DNA from: Polyangiales bacterium
GTDB taxonomy: Bacteria > Myxococcota_A > Polyangia > Polyangiales > Polyangiaceae
Direction of reading: 5' to 3'
Assembly: GCA_038231275.1 (NCBI GenBank)
Contig: JBBRLQ010000003.1
Span: 172,340 to 236,339, forward strand
Length of the DNA stretch: 64,000 nt
In this document: positions 1-10,209 of the stretch, in pieces
How positions within the stretch are numbered: the stretch's first letter is position 1
Layout: every line of letters begins with the position of its first letter
Translations under genes and position numbers: made by a program
Notes under the pieces: generated by a model
The model's input: only the letters and a program-made list of their open reading frames with translations
Told to the model about the DNA's origin: nothing
Database searches by the model: none

Positions 1-855
1 GGCTACACCCACCTCGCCGAGCGAATGCGCGAGCTCTTCGTCGCGAACGGGGTGCCGGTCGTCGTGGTGGAAGCGAACCGCGCGAAGGTCGACGCGCTCG
101 TGCGCGCGGAGGAGCCCGTGGTCCTCGCCTCGGGGCGTGACGCGGCGGATCTCGAGGCCGCGGGCGTCGCGCGCGCGAAGATGGTCGTCCTCGCGATGGA
201 GGAGATCGAGACTGCCGCCATCGTCGCTAGCCACGTCCGCCACCAGAACCGCGAGTGCGAGCTCCTCGTGCGCTGCTATGACGACGACGTCGGCGCGGTC
301 CTTGCGAAGACGTACGCCGCGCGCATCGTGTCGACGTCGCGCCTCGCCGCGCAGCACGTCGCCGCGCTCGCGCAGAAGAGCGGCACGACCTTTTGCGTCA
401 TCATCGGGGCCGAGAACCTGGGCCTGCGTCTCGCGCAGATCATGAAGGAGCGCGGCACCCGGTTCGTCGCCGTCGACGCGTCTCGCGCGAAGCTGGACGA
501 TCTCGCGGAGACCGATCCGGTGGTGTGCGGCTCACCGACCGATCCCGAGACGCTCGTGAAGGCGAAGGTCGCCGACTGTGACCTGGTCGTCCTCACCGGC
601 GACGATCTCGGCGCGAACATGGTCATCGCCGACCGCGTGCGCGACGTGAACACCCACTGCAAGATCGTCTGCCGCCTCTACCACGACGACTCGGCGGAGA
701 TGCTCACGCGCGCGCCGTTCTCGTGCGACGTGGTCTCGACGTCGAAGCACGCCGTGAAGATGCTCGCCGACGCCGGCGCGCTCCGGTCGGTCGGAATCGG
801 TCCTGCCGAAGCCAAGGCGACGCTGGCCGGCGCGGTGCGCAAGGCGTCGGCGTAA
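1..855 (+). CDS. TrkA-N/RCK NAD-binding domain protein (K+ channel/transporter regulatory type); 5' end lies outside window
   Basis: Reading frame open from nt 1 with no upstream stop. Translation shows RCK-N Rossmann-like segments (..FCVIIGAENLGLRLAQIMKERGTRFVAVD.., ..DCDLVVLTGDD..). GC-rich third positions. Confidence 0.6.
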   Translation, partial: GYTHLAERMRELFVANGVPVVVVEANRAKVDALVRAEEPVVLASGRDAADLEAAGVARAKMVVLAMEEIETAAIVASHVRHQNRECELLVRCYDDDVGAVLAKTYAARIVSTSRLAAQHVAALAQKSGTTFCVIIGAENLGLRLAQIMKERGTRFVAVDASRAKLDDLAETDPVVCGSPTDPETLVKAKVADCDLVVLTGDDLGANMVIADRVRDVNTHCKIVCRLYHDDSAEMLTRAPFSCDVVSTSKHAVKMLADAGALRSVGIGPAEAKATLAGAVRKASA

Positions 856-856
856 G

Positions 857-1210
857 TCAGGTCCGCATCGCGCGGCGATCGATCACGAGGAGCGCAAAGG
901 CGAAGGGCATCAGGAGAACGACGCCGAGCGACGTGACGTCGACGCGCGAGCCCTCGCTCCAGGCGTGCCAAGCGTCGGCGCCGTGGCTCACGAGCTGCTG
1001 GAGCACGAGCAGACCGAAGAGCGGAACGAAGGGCGGCGGCCGCGTCGCCATACCGAACGCGCACGCGAGGTTCAGCGCCACGAAGAGCGCGTGACGCCAC
1101 GGCGGTGACGACGGATCCATGTCGTGATCGAACGTCGCGACGAGGTGGTAGAGCGCCGCCGCACCGAAGATGGTTGCGAGTACCTTGAACGCGAAGCGTC
1201 GCCCCCTCAT
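857..1210 (-). CDS. small hydrophobic membrane protein (about 118 aa, roughly 3 predicted helices)
   Basis: ORF 857..1252, probable start at internal Met (MRGRRFAFKVLATIFGAAALY..). Its ATG overlaps the stop of the upstream ABC ATPase by 4 bp (ATGA coupling). Hydrophobic stretches; far too small for an ABC permease. Confidence 0.4.
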   Translation of the reverse strand: MRGRRFAFKVLATIFGAAALYHLVATFDHDMDPSSPPWRHALFVALNLACAFGMATRPPPFVPLFGLLVLQQLVSHGADAWHAWSEGSRVDVTSLGVVLLMPFAFALLVIDRRAMRT

Positions 1211-2658
1211 GCGGCCCCCGTCGCCTCGGCGAGGAGCGACGTCTCGGTCCATGCGCTCGTGGGCCGAGCTTCACCGAGCACGCCGCGGCGCATGACGGCG
1301 ATGCGATCGCACACGCCGAGGAGCTCGGGGAGGTGGCTCGAGACGACGAGGACCGCCTTGCCGCGCGCGGCGAGCGCGTCGATCAGCCGATAAATCTGGG
1401 CTTTGCTCGCGACGTCGATGCCGCGCGTCGGCTCGTCGAGGAGCCACACGTCGACGTCCTCGTGCAGCAGCCGCGCGAGGGCGACCTTCTGCTGGTTGCC
1501 GCCCGACAGCTCGAACGCCTTCGCGTCGGGGCCGGCGCACTTGATCGAGAGCTCCTTGATGCGCGTCTCCGCTGCGGAGCGCGTCCACGACGGCGTCACG
1601 ACGAAGCCGGGCAAGCGCGAGAGCGTCACGTTCTCGCCGATCGATCGCGCGAGGAGGATGCCCTCGCCCTTGCGATCCTCGCTCACGAGGCCCATCGAGC
1701 CGTGGGCCTTCACCGAACCACGTCGCACCGAATCGAGCCCGAAGATCGCGCGCAAGAGCTCCGTCCTCCCGGCGCCGACGAGGCCCGCCACGCCGAGCAC
1801 CTCGCCGCGACGCAAGGTCAAGCTCGCGCGCTCGGGTTTGATCGCGCCGGCCACGTCGCTCACCTCGAGCGCGACCTCGCCGGGCGTCGTCGTCGTCCGC
1901 GCGAAGAGCTGCTCGATCGCGCGCCCCGCCATTTTCTCGACCAGATCGTGCGCGCTCGTCCCCTCGATGTCGCCGCTGGCAACGGTGACGCCGTCACGCA
2001 TGACCGTCCAGCGGTTGGCCACCCGCGGCAGCTCTTCCAAAAAATGCGTCACGTAGAGGACGGTCGTCCCTGCTTCGGCGATGCGCTTCACGAGATCGAA
2101 CAGGCGCGTCGCGTCGTCCGCGGCGAGGCTGCTCGTTGGCTCATCGAGGATGAGGACACGGCACCCTTCGGCTCCTACGAGCGCGCGCGCGATCTCCACG
2201 AGCTGGCGATCGCCGCTCTTCAGGTCGGCCACCTTGTCGGTCGCCGTGAACCGCCCCTTGGCGCCGCCGAGGACCTTCGCGAGGGCGGCGTCGACCTTCG
2301 CGCGACCTTCCGCGCGGAGGAGCACGCCGCCGGTCGTGGTGGGCTCGACGCCGAGGAGGATGTTCTCTTCGACCGTGAGGTGCGCGCACAGGCTCAGCTC
2401 CTGGTAGACGACGCTCACACCCAGGTCGCGCGCCTCACGCGGCGAGCGCGGCGCGAACGGCGCGCCGTCGAGCCTGATTTCCCCGGCATCCGGAGCTTCG
2501 GCGCCGCCCAGCAGCTTCATGAGCGTGCTCTTCCCCGCGCCGTTCTCGCCGAGGACCGCGTGCACCTCTCCTGCGGCCACCGAGAGATCGACGCCCCCTA
2601 GCGCGCGCGTCGCGCCGAACGCCTTGGTGACGCCGCGGATCTCGAGCCGCGAAGTCAC
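1207..2658 (-). CDS. sugar-type ABC transporter ATP-binding protein with two fused NBDs (RbsA/MglA/XylG-like)
   Basis: Walker A GENGAGKST in NBD1; ABC signature-like LSGGNQQKVALARLL plus Walker B DVWLLDEPT in NBD2; a second signature-like DLKSGDRQLVEIARAL plus Walker B ILILDEPT in NBD1. 483 aa. 4-bp overlap with the upstream SBP gene. Confidence 0.85.
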   Translation of the reverse strand: MTSRLEIRGVTKAFGATRALGGVDLSVAAGEVHAVLGENGAGKSTLMKLLGGAEAPDAGEIRLDGAPFAPRSPREARDLGVSVVYQELSLCAHLTVEENILLGVEPTTTGGVLLRAEGRAKVDAALAKVLGGAKGRFTATDKVADLKSGDRQLVEIARALVGAEGCRVLILDEPTSSLAADDATRLFDLVKRIAEAGTTVLYVTHFLEELPRVANRWTVMRDGVTVASGDIEGTSAHDLVEKMAGRAIEQLFARTTTTPGEVALEVSDVAGAIKPERASLTLRRGEVLGVAGLVGAGRTELLRAIFGLDSVRRGSVKAHGSMGLVSEDRKGEGILLARSIGENVTLSRLPGFVVTPSWTRSAAETRIKELSIKCAGPDAKAFELSGGNQQKVALARLLHEDVDVWLLDEPTRGIDVASKAQIYRLIDALAARGKAVLVVSSHLPELLGVCDRIAVMRRGVLGEARPTSAWTETSLLAEATGAA

Positions 2659-3674
2659 TCGCCGAGCCAGGTCTTGAGATCGGGCGAGAGCAGCGCCTTC
2701 ATCTCCGCGCTCTCCATGTTGTCTTTCGTGACGAGCTTCGCGCCGGTGTCGACGCGCTTCTCGACCTTGTCGCCGCGGATGACGGCGGCCATCGTCTTGG
2801 TCGCGAGGTAGCCGATCTTGAACGGGTCCTGCAGGACGAGCCCGTCGATGTCCCCTTCCTTGAGCCCCTGCACGAGCTTCTCGGAGCTGTCGAAGCCGAC
2901 GAGGTGCACCTTCTTCGCGCGGCCCGTCTTGCGGAGCGCGAGGAGCATCCCGAAGGTCGTCGACTCGTTCGGCGTGAAGACGCCTTGCACGCCTTTTTGC
3001 GCGGACAGGAGGCTCTCGCTCGTCGAAAACGCCGTCTCGGTGGTGGCGCCGCCGTAGCGTGTGTCGCTCACGACCTTCACGTTCGGGTGCGCCTTCATCG
3101 CGTCGAGGAAGCCGTTTTCTCGATTGGTCGTGCTCGCCGAGCCCTCTTGGTAGCGGAGCATGAGGACGTCGCCCTTGTCGCCGACCGCTTTCGCGAGCGC
3201 CTCGCCGGCCATCTTTCCGGCCGCGAAGTTGTCGGTCGCGACGAAGCTCGTGTGCGCGTCGCCCTGGAGGTCCGAGTCGAACACGACCACCGGGATCTTC
3301 GATTCGGCGGCGGCCTTCACCGAGCCGACGAGGCCCTTGTCGCTGAGGGGCGCGAGCACGATGCCGTTCACCTTCTGCGCGGTGAAGCTCTGCACGACGT
3401 CGATCTGCGCCTTGAGATCGTCCTCTTTGAGCGGCCCCTTCCAGATGATCTCGACGTTCTCTTCCTTGCTCGCCTTCACCGCGCCGGCGTGCACGCTCTT
3501 CCAGAACTCGTGCGTCGTTCCCTTGGGGATGACCGCGATTTTGGGCATCGCCTTTGCGAAGGTCGCGGCGCCGCCGTCGCTAACTTCCTGGATGGCCGAC
3601 TTGTCTTTCGGACACGCGGTGAGGGCGGCGAGGGCGAGCGGCAGCGCGATGGCGGCGAGGAGGGACGAGCGCAT
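2655..3674 (-). CDS. periplasmic sugar-binding lipoprotein (PBP type I, RbsB-like substrate-binding protein)
   Basis: Signal peptide plus lipobox (LALAALTACPKD). Periplasmic-binding-protein fold motifs (KIAVIPKGTTHEFWKSVHAGA.., ..VATDNFAAGKMAGEAL..). Translationally coupled to the ABC ATPase. Confidence 0.85.
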   Translation of the reverse strand: MRSSLLAAIALPLALAALTACPKDKSAIQEVSDGGAATFAKAMPKIAVIPKGTTHEFWKSVHAGAVKASKEENVEIIWKGPLKEDDLKAQIDVVQSFTAQKVNGIVLAPLSDKGLVGSVKAAAESKIPVVVFDSDLQGDAHTSFVATDNFAAGKMAGEALAKAVGDKGDVLMLRYQEGSASTTNRENGFLDAMKAHPNVKVVSDTRYGGATTETAFSTSESLLSAQKGVQGVFTPNESTTFGMLLALRKTGRAKKVHLVGFDSSEKLVQGLKEGDIDGLVLQDPFKIGYLATKTMAAVIRGDKVEKRVDTGAKLVTKDNMESAEMKALLSPDLKTWLGE

Positions 3675-4050
3675 GTCTCGTTTGTATCGCGCATTTGGTC
3701 TACTGGGTCATCCCGTGACCGCCGACAAGACCTCCGAGCCGTCGCCCGCGCGGTCGAGGAGGACCTCCCGCACCAGCGGGACCTCCGGAACGAGCGGAGC
3801 CTCCGGCACCAGCGGGACCTCCGGAACGAGCGGAGCCTCCGGAACGAGCGGAACCACCGACGCTGGGGCCGGCGACAGCGGTTCGCCGACGGGCTTCTGC
3901 GACGTGAGCACGGCCATCCAACAAGAGCTCTACACGTTCGAGTACGCGAGCCTGACGAACCCTGTGCCATGCGTAAACAACGGAGCGTGCGCGGCGACGC
4001 AGTGTTGCTACCAGGCGGCGGCGGCACAGACCGCGTGCGTAGCGAAGTGA
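3672..4050 (+). CDS. small (TSG)n-repeat protein with Cys-rich C-terminus carrying a CCY..AAA motif; tentative
   Basis: ORF with GC-biased third positions. C-terminus (CVNNGACAATQCCYQAAAAQTAC) resembles the CCYRGDAAAT motif of the two Cys-rich paralogs at 15609..16746. No recognisable signal peptide from ATG 3672. Lies in the promoter gap of the SBP operon. Confidence 0.3.
3770..3855. repeat. tandem repeat (about 36-bp unit x2 plus partial) encoding (TSG)/(ASG) triplets
   Basis: caccagcgggacctccggaacgagcggagcctccgg repeated directly. Confidence 0.6.
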
Positions 4051-4069
4051 AGCGCCTCCACGCGCCGCT

Positions 4070-5722
4070 CTAGGTTCGCTTGATCGACGGCGGCGGGTAC
4101 TCCGGGGCTTCCGACATGATCTGCCGGTAAGCGAGCTGGTCGTCGTGCATGCGGAGCATGACGCGGTACTTCTGCTCGTAGTAGCTCGCCGCGTCGGGGT
4201 CGGGGCGTACCGTGCGGCCCGCGCGCGCCATCGCGCCCATCGCCGACAGGACGTCCTTGCGATCGCCGGACGCGACCGCACCGAGCATCGCCGCGCCGAG
4301 GAGCACCGCCTCCTGCTCTTCGGGGACGATGATGCGGCACCCCGTCGCGTCGGCGTGCGCCCGCAAGAAAATCGGGTTCTTCGCGTCGCCGCCGCACGCG
4401 ATGAGTGTCGTCGGCGCGTAGCCCTGCGCGCGCATCGCCTCGAGGATGTGGCGCGTGCCGAGCGCGATTCCTTGGATGGTTGCAAGATACACCAATGCTA
4501 GCGCGTCGTCGGTGTCCGACAGCTTGAGGCCGCTCACCATGCCGCGCAGCGTGGCGTCGGCGCGTGGCGAGCGGTTGCCGTGATGATCGGCCAGGACGTG
4601 CAGATCCTTGGTCAGCCCGAAGATCGGGCGACTCTTGGCGAGCGCGTCGAGGCGCTCCTTGAGGAGCGCGTACACGGTCGTCTCCTCGCGTTTCGCTTGC
4701 TCCACCAACGCCGCGCCGCGCGCGCTCGAATGAACGACCTGGTCGATGAGCGCGCCGGTCGCCGATTGCCCGCCCTCGGTGAGCCACAGGTCCGGCACCA
4801 TCGCCGAGAAGTACGGGCCCCACACGCCGGGGATCCACTTCGGCTCGCGCGAGACGGCCATGTGGCACGTCGAGGTCCCGCCGATGAGCGCGATGCGCGT
4901 CTCGAGCTCCGCGGCGTCGGGCGCGCCGATGCCGAGCATGCCAAGGCCGCCCGCGTGCGCGTCGATGATGGAGACGCCGACGGGAATCCCCGCGACGAGA
5001 CCCAGCTCCTTCGCCGCCGCCTCGGTGAGCGTCCCTTGCTTCTCGCCCATCGGCCGCACCGTCGCGCCGATCTTCGCCCAGCCGTCTTCCGCGAGCTCGC
5101 CGAGGCCGATCGACTCGAAGTACGCCGTGTCCCACCGCGCTTCTTTGCCGAGGTAGGTCCACTTGCACACCGTGGTGCAGAGCGAGCGCACGTCCACGCC
5201 CGTCGCGCGATACGCGAGAAAATCCGGCAAATCGAAGAATTTGCCCGCGCGCGCCCACGCCTCGGGGAGCTTCTCTTTCAGCCACGCGAGCTTCGGCGTC
5301 TCCATCTCGGGCGAGATGACGCCGCCGACGTACCGCAGGACGTCGTGCTTTCCGGCGTTGATGCGATCGGCCTGCGCCTGCGCGCGGTGGTCCATCCACA
5401 CGATCACGTTCTGCTCGTCGCTGCCGCTCGGGCTGACGGTGACCGGGCGATCGTCCTTGCCCAGCGCGACGAGGGAGCACGTCGCGTCGAAGCCAATGCC
5501 GCGCACCTCTTGGGGCTTCGCGCGCGCCTGGGCGAGGGCGTCTTTCACCGCGGCGGCGCACGCGGTCCAGATGTCGTCGCTCGACTGCTCGACGAAATCC
5601 TCCTGCAGTTTCCACGTGCGGATCGGGCACACGCCCATTCCGTGCATCTTCCCCGTTTCGTCGAAGAGTCCTGCGCGTGCGCTTCCGGTGCCGACGTCGA
5701 TGCCGAGATAAAGCTTGGTCAC
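4070..5722 (-). CDS. FGGY-family carbohydrate kinase (ribulokinase/pentulose kinase-like)
   Basis: 550 aa. N-terminal [16 protein letters not shown] actin-fold ATPase motif and FGGY C-terminal region (..[24 protein letters not shown]..). Confidence 0.85.
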   Translation of the reverse strand: MTKLYLGIDVGTGSARAGLFDETGKMHGMGVCPIRTWKLQEDFVEQSSDDIWTACAAAVKDALAQARAKPQEVRGIGFDATCSLVALGKDDRPVTVSPSGSDEQNVIVWMDHRAQAQADRINAGKHDVLRYVGGVISPEMETPKLAWLKEKLPEAWARAGKFFDLPDFLAYRATGVDVRSLCTTVCKWTYLGKEARWDTAYFESIGLGELAEDGWAKIGATVRPMGEKQGTLTEAAAKELGLVAGIPVGVSIIDAHAGGLGMLGIGAPDAAELETRIALIGGTSTCHMAVSREPKWIPGVWGPYFSAMVPDLWLTEGGQSATGALIDQVVHSSARGAALVEQAKREETTVYALLKERLDALAKSRPIFGLTKDLHVLADHHGNRSPRADATLRGMVSGLKLSDTDDALALVYLATIQGIALGTRHILEAMRAQGYAPTTLIACGGDAKNPIFLRAHADATGCRIIVPEEQEAVLLGAAMLGAVASGDRKDVLSAMGAMARAGRTVRPDPDAASYYEQKYRVMLRMHDDQLAYRQIMSEAPEYPPPSIKRT

Positions 5723-5818
5723 GGAGCACCCCTCTCGGCGACGAGGCTACCGCGAACGGCCGGACGAAGGTTCGTCTTTGCGGGCGTCGTCACGACCTCC
5801 GTGCTACGCCGCCTCCCC

Positions 5819-6280
5819 ATGCGTACCCTCCTTTCGCTCTCTCTCGGGGCCTTGCTTCTCGTCGCGTCCGCGGGCGCGTGCTCATCGTCGTCGTCGTCCC
5901 CGGCGGCGCAGTGCAACACGAACCCGTACTCGTGCGCGGCAGGCACGACGTGCTGGCCCACCGATCAGAAGGCCGACTTCGCGTGCATCGCGAGCGGCGC
6001 TGGCCAAAAGGGAGACTCGTGCCTCAACACGCCGAACGCGGCGACGTGCGGGGACGGCATGCTCTGCTTGCAGCAGACGCAGACCGACGGCCACTGCGTG
6101 CCGTACTGCGACAGCACACACGGGTGCCCGACCGGGCAAGCGTGCACGCCGGCGCAGCTGATCGGGACGAGCCAAATCGCGCACGTCTGCTTCGGCGCCG
6201 GCGGCGGCACCACCGACGCGGGCTCGGGCGGCGACGCCGGGAGCGATACGGGTACGGCGAGCGACGCGGCCTCCGAGTAA
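5819..6280 (+). CDS. small secreted cysteine-rich lipoprotein (153 aa)
   Basis: Signal peptide plus lipobox (MRTLLSLSLGALLLVASAGAC); about 16 Cys in a patterned mature region; Gly/Ser/Asp-rich tail. Same strand as, and 206 bp upstream of, the giant lipoprotein gene. Confidence 0.5.
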   Translation: MRTLLSLSLGALLLVASAGACSSSSSSPAAQCNTNPYSCAAGTTCWPTDQKADFACIASGAGQKGDSCLNTPNAATCGDGMLCLQQTQTDGHCVPYCDSTHGCPTGQACTPAQLIGTSQIAHVCFGAGGGTTDAGSGGDAGSDTGTASDAASE

Positions 6281-6450
6281 AGGCTGGGCCGCGCCCGATT
6301 TCGTCCCTGCGCGCTCGCGTCGCCCGAGCTCGTCGCGATGGGCTCTGGTTCCAACGTCTCATTCGGGCTTCGACTCGAGCTCCTGAGCCACGGCCTATGA
6401 GGAGCCGCGTTACCGTCCGGTGACGGGCGCGCTACGTCACGGGAAACGTT

Positions 6451-6463
6451 CACGGTGACCGTG
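6451..6463. promoter_or_regulatory. 13-bp palindrome CACGGT-G-ACCGTG 24 bp upstream of the 6487 ATG, preceded by GGTGACGG / CGTCACGG repeats
   Basis: Read directly from sequence; candidate operator. Confidence 0.3.
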
Positions 6464-6486
6464 CATCTCCCGCTCCGTGGGCTACG

Positions 6487-9400
6487 GTGCCTCGCTCAAT
6501 GCATCGTCTTCTTCCGCTTGGACTCGTCCCCGCGTTCGTCGTCTCCTTCTTCTTCCTCGTCGCCGCTTGCAGCGGCAACGGCTCGAGCGGAGGGACCGTC
6601 GATGTCCCCGACGGAGGCGACGCCGGAGTCCCGCCCGACGGCGACGTCGACGCGTGCACTGGCGCCTGTCCGGGAGACGACGGCGGAACGAAGCCGCCCG
6701 AGGTCACATGCAAGATCTTGGCGCCGCTCGCCGCGGGCACGTGCGCGGTCACCGCGGGCAGCGCCGCGAAGTTGATCGTCGGCACGATCCTCACTTCGGC
6801 GCAGATCTTCCGCGGCGGCGCGGTGCTCGTCGACGACAAGGGAAGCATCGCGTGCGTCGGCTGCGACTGCGAGGCGAAGGCGCAAGGCGCGACGACGATC
6901 ACGTGCCCCGACGGCGTCGTCTCGGCGGCGCTCCTCAACACGCACGACCACATCACCTTCTCGCAGAACAACCCGTACACCGACACCGGCGAGCGCTACG
7001 AGCACCGCCACGACTGGCGCTCCGGCAAGAACGGACACAAGAAGCTCACGACGCCGGGCGGCGCGTCCGCCGATCAGGTCCGTTGGGCGGAGATCCGCTT
7101 CCTCATGAGCGGCGCGACGTCGACGGTCGGCTCCGGCAGCGTGGCCGGCCTCCTCCGCAACCTCGACAAATCGGCCGACGAGCTCGGGCTGAACCAGAAG
7201 CCCGTCGACTTCGAGACGTTCCCGCTCGGCGACTCGAACTCCACCCAGCTCGCCACCGGCTGCGCGTATCCGTCGATCCGCACGCCCGCGTCGATCGCAG
7301 GAGACGACGCGTTCTTGCCGCACGTCGCCGAGGGCATCAACGCCTTCGCGACGAACGAGTTCACGTGCCTCAGCACGACGACGGGCGGCGCGCAGGATCT
7401 CGTCCAGCCGAAGACGGCGATGATCCACTCCATCGGCCTCACCGCCGCCGACTACGCGGACATCGGTCAGAAGGGCGGCTCGATCATCTGGTCGCCGCGC
7501 TCCAACATCACGCTCTACGGCGACACCGCGGTCGTCACCGAAGCGGCGCGCCTCGGCGTTCGCATCGCGCTCGGCACCGACTGGATCGCCACCGGCTCGA
7601 TGAACATCGCGCGCGAGATCCGCTGCGCCGACGATTTCAACAAGACGTTCCTCGGCGGGTTCTTCTCCGACGTCGACCTGTGGAAGATGGTTACGGTCGA
7701 CGCGGCGCATGCGACGGCGACCGACGACGTGATCGGCGATCTCGCGGTCGGCAAGGTCGGCGACGTCTCGATCTTCGCAGGGAAGACGCACAAAGATCAT
7801 CGCGCGATCCTCGACGCCGCGCCGGCGGATGTCGTGCTCGTCATGCGCGCCGGTAAGGTGCTCTATGGCGACGACGATGTGGTCGTAGGCGCGGCGCCGG
7901 CCGCAGTGTGCGACGCGCTCGATGTGTGCGGCACGCCCAAGAAGATGTGCGTGCAGGACGAGTTCGGGAAGAACCTCGCGGCGGTGAAGGCGGCGGCGGG
8001 AGCCGCGATTTACCCGGCGTTCTTCTGCGGCACGCCGACGAACGAGCCTTCGTGCACGCCCAAGCGACCCACCTCGGTGTCCGGCTCCACCGTGTACACG
8101 GGCGTTCCTTCGGCGACCGACGCCGACGGCGACGGCCTCGCGGACGCCGCCGACAACTGCCCGAAGATCTTCAACCCGATCCGCCCGATGGACAGCGGAA
8201 AACAAGCCGATTTCGACGGCGACGGCACCGGCGACGCGTGCGACGTGTGCCCGCTCGACGCGAACTCGACGACCTGCAAGAAGTTCAACGGCAACGACAC
8301 CGACGGCGACGGCGTCGACAACGCGGCCGACAACTGCCCCACGGTGGCCAACGCCGATCAGGCCGACAAGGACGCGGACGGCAAGGGCGACGCGTGCGAC
8401 GCGTGCCCGGCCATCGCGAACCCCGGCGCGCTGGCGTGCCCCGCCACGATCTACGACATCAAGAAGGGGACCGTCGCGACGGGGACGTCGGTGTCGATCG
8501 CCAACACGATCGTCACCGGCAAGGCTGCGAGCGGCTTCTTCGTTCAAGCGAAGACGGGTGATCCCGGGTACGCAGGCACCGATTACTCCGGCATCTTCGT
8601 GTTCCAGAGCGCGAGCGCCGCGCAGGTAGGTGATCGCGTCACGATCACGAGCGCGACGGTGGCGACGTTCAACGGACAGATCGAGCTGACCGCGCCGGCG
8701 GTGACCGTGGTGACCTCCGCGAGCGAGGCGCCGCCCGACCCGGTGGTGGTGACCGCCGCCGACGTCGTGACGGCCGGACCGAAGGCGACCGCGCTCGAGG
8801 GCGTCGTCGTCCAGGTGAACGGCGCGACGGTGACCGACGTGGCGCCGCCGCCTGGTTCGGGCGACACCGCGCCGACGAACGAGTTCGTGCTCGATGCAGG
8901 CGTGCGCGTGAACGACTTCCTGTTCCTCGCGGCGCCGTTCCCCACCACGGGGACGCTATTTTCTTCGGTCGCCGGCGTCCTCGAGCTCAGAAACGGCAAT
9001 TCCAAGATCGAGCCGCGGAGCGCCGCGGATCTCGTCCTCGGCCCCGCGCAGCTGAGCGCGTTCAACGAGGCGTCGACGTTTGCGCGCGTCGGGCAGACCG
9101 GCGCGCCCACGTTGCCGACGCCGCTCACCGTCTCCCTCACGTCGGCGCCGACCGTCGACATGTTCGTCGCGATCGTGCCAAGCGACGCCGCGAGCCTCAC
9201 CATCGTCGGCGGTGGCGCGACGGTCACCGCCGGCCAGACGAGCGCGACGGTGCTCGTGAACGGCCTCGTGCAAGCGGCGTCGGTAACGTTGACGGCGACG
9301 CTCGGCGCGCAGACGCGGACCGCCACGGTGCGTGTCGTCGGCGCCGCGGAGGTGCCTTCGCTCACGTCGCTGACGCCGCCGAGCCTCGTCGTCGCGCCGG

Positions 9401-10188
9401 GCGGGACCACGACGTTCACCGTCGGTCTCGACCTGCCGGCGCCGGTCGGCGGGGTCACGATCGCCCTCTCCCTCGCGCCCGCGAACGCGGGGACGATCCC
9501 CGCGTCTGTGACGGTGGCCACCGATCAGACGAGCGCCACGTTCTCCTACGCCGACGCGAGCACGGTCACGAGCGCGACGGTAACCGCGACGCTCGGCGCG
9601 GCGACGTTGAACGCGACGATCACGCTGCAAGCGGCGGCGGGTGGCCTCGTCATCAACGAGGTCGACTACGACAACGTCGGCACGGACACCGCCGAGTTCG
9701 TGGAGATCTACAACGCGTCGTCCGCGCCGATCGATCTCACTGGATTTTCGCTGCTGCTCGTCAACGGCGCGAACAACGCGGTCTACCGCACCGTCGACCT
9801 CGGCCCCGCGGGGACGCTCGCCGCCGGTCAGTTCCTCGTCGTCGGCGCCACGAGCGTCGTCGCGGCGAGCGGCGCGCTCAAGATCGATCTCGGCGCCCTC
9901 ACCGACATCGTCCAGAACGGCGCGCCGGACGGCGTGGCCCTCGTCGATACGTCCACGAACAAGCTGGTCGATGCGCTGTCGTACGAAGGCTCCATCATCG
10001 CGGCGGTCATTCCGGGCGTCGGAACGGTGAGCCTCGTCGAAGGCACCGCGCTCGCCGCGACCGTCGCCGACTCGAACACGACGGCCGGCTCGCTCTGTCG
10101 CCTGCCGAACGGCGCGGACACCAACGACGCAAACACCGACTGGAAGCTCTCGTCGGCGGCGACGCCGGGCGCGGCGAACGTCAACTGA
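6487..10188 (+). CDS. large multidomain lipoprotein: metal-dependent amidohydrolase domain + thrombospondin type-3 (Ca-binding) repeats + Ig-like/low-complexity region + C-terminal lamin-tail domain (LTD)
   Basis: Signal peptide plus lipobox ([10 protein letters not shown]). Amidohydrolase HxH motif ([10 protein letters not shown]). TSP3 repeats ([20 protein letters not shown].., [38 protein letters not shown]). LTD-like C-terminus ([45 protein letters not shown]). Confidence 0.8.
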   Translation: MPRSMHRLLPLGLVPAFVVSFFFLVAACSGNGSSGGTVDVPDGGDAGVPPDGDVDACTGACPGDDGGTKPPEVTCKILAPLAAGTCAVTAGSAAKLIVGTILTSAQIFRGGAVLVDDKGSIACVGCDCEAKAQGATTITCPDGVVSAALLNTHDHITFSQNNPYTDTGERYEHRHDWRSGKNGHKKLTTPGGASADQVRWAEIRFLMSGATSTVGSGSVAGLLRNLDKSADELGLNQKPVDFETFPLGDSNSTQLATGCAYPSIRTPASIAGDDAFLPHVAEGINAFATNEFTCLSTTTGGAQDLVQPKTAMIHSIGLTAADYADIGQKGGSIIWSPRSNITLYGDTAVVTEAARLGVRIALGTDWIATGSMNIAREIRCADDFNKTFLGGFFSDVDLWKMVTVDAAHATATDDVIGDLAVGKVGDVSIFAGKTHKDHRAILDAAPADVVLVMRAGKVLYGDDDVVVGAAPAAVCDALDVCGTPKKMCVQDEFGKNLAAVKAAAGAAIYPAFFCGTPTNEPSCTPKRPTSVSGSTVYTGVPSATDADGDGLADAADNCPKIFNPIRPMDSGKQADFDGDGTGDACDVCPLDANSTTCKKFNGNDTDGDGVDNAADNCPTVANADQADKDADGKGDACDACPAIANPGALACPATIYDIKKGTVATGTSVSIANTIVTGKAASGFFVQAKTGDPGYAGTDYSGIFVFQSASAAQVGDRVTITSATVATFNGQIELTAPAVTVVTSASEAPPDPVVVTAADVVTAGPKATALEGVVVQVNGATVTDVAPPPGSGDTAPTNEFVLDAGVRVNDFLFLAAPFPTTGTLFSSVAGVLELRNGNSKIEPRSAADLVLGPAQLSAFNEASTFARVGQTGAPTLPTPLTVSLTSAPTVDMFVAIVPSDAASLTIVGGGATVTAGQTSATVLVNGLVQAASVTLTATLGAQTRTATVRVVGAAEVPSLTSLTPPSLVVAPGGTTTFTVGLDLPAPVGGVTIALSLAPANAGTIPASVTVATDQTSATFSYADASTVTSATVTATLGAATLNATITLQAAAGGLVINEVDYDNVGTDTAEFVEIYNASSAPIDLTGFSLLLVNGANNAVYRTVDLGPAGTLAAGQFLVVGATSVVAASGALKIDLGALTDIVQNGAPDGVALVDTSTNKLVDALSYEGSIIAAVIPGVGTVSLVEGTALAATVADSNTTAGSLCRLPNGADTNDANTDWKLSSAATPGAANVN

Positions 10189-10209
10189 CGACGCCGCGCG
10201 CCCGCCGCC

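Noticed and set aside
6496-8547. 683-aa ORF on the minus strand, antisense to the giant lipoprotein gene (also 6450..6986, 7074..7442)
   Set aside because: Translation is Arg/Ala/Gly/Val-rich low complexity, typical of antisense frames in a roughly 70% GC genome. It overlaps a far better-supported gene with domains and a signal peptide.
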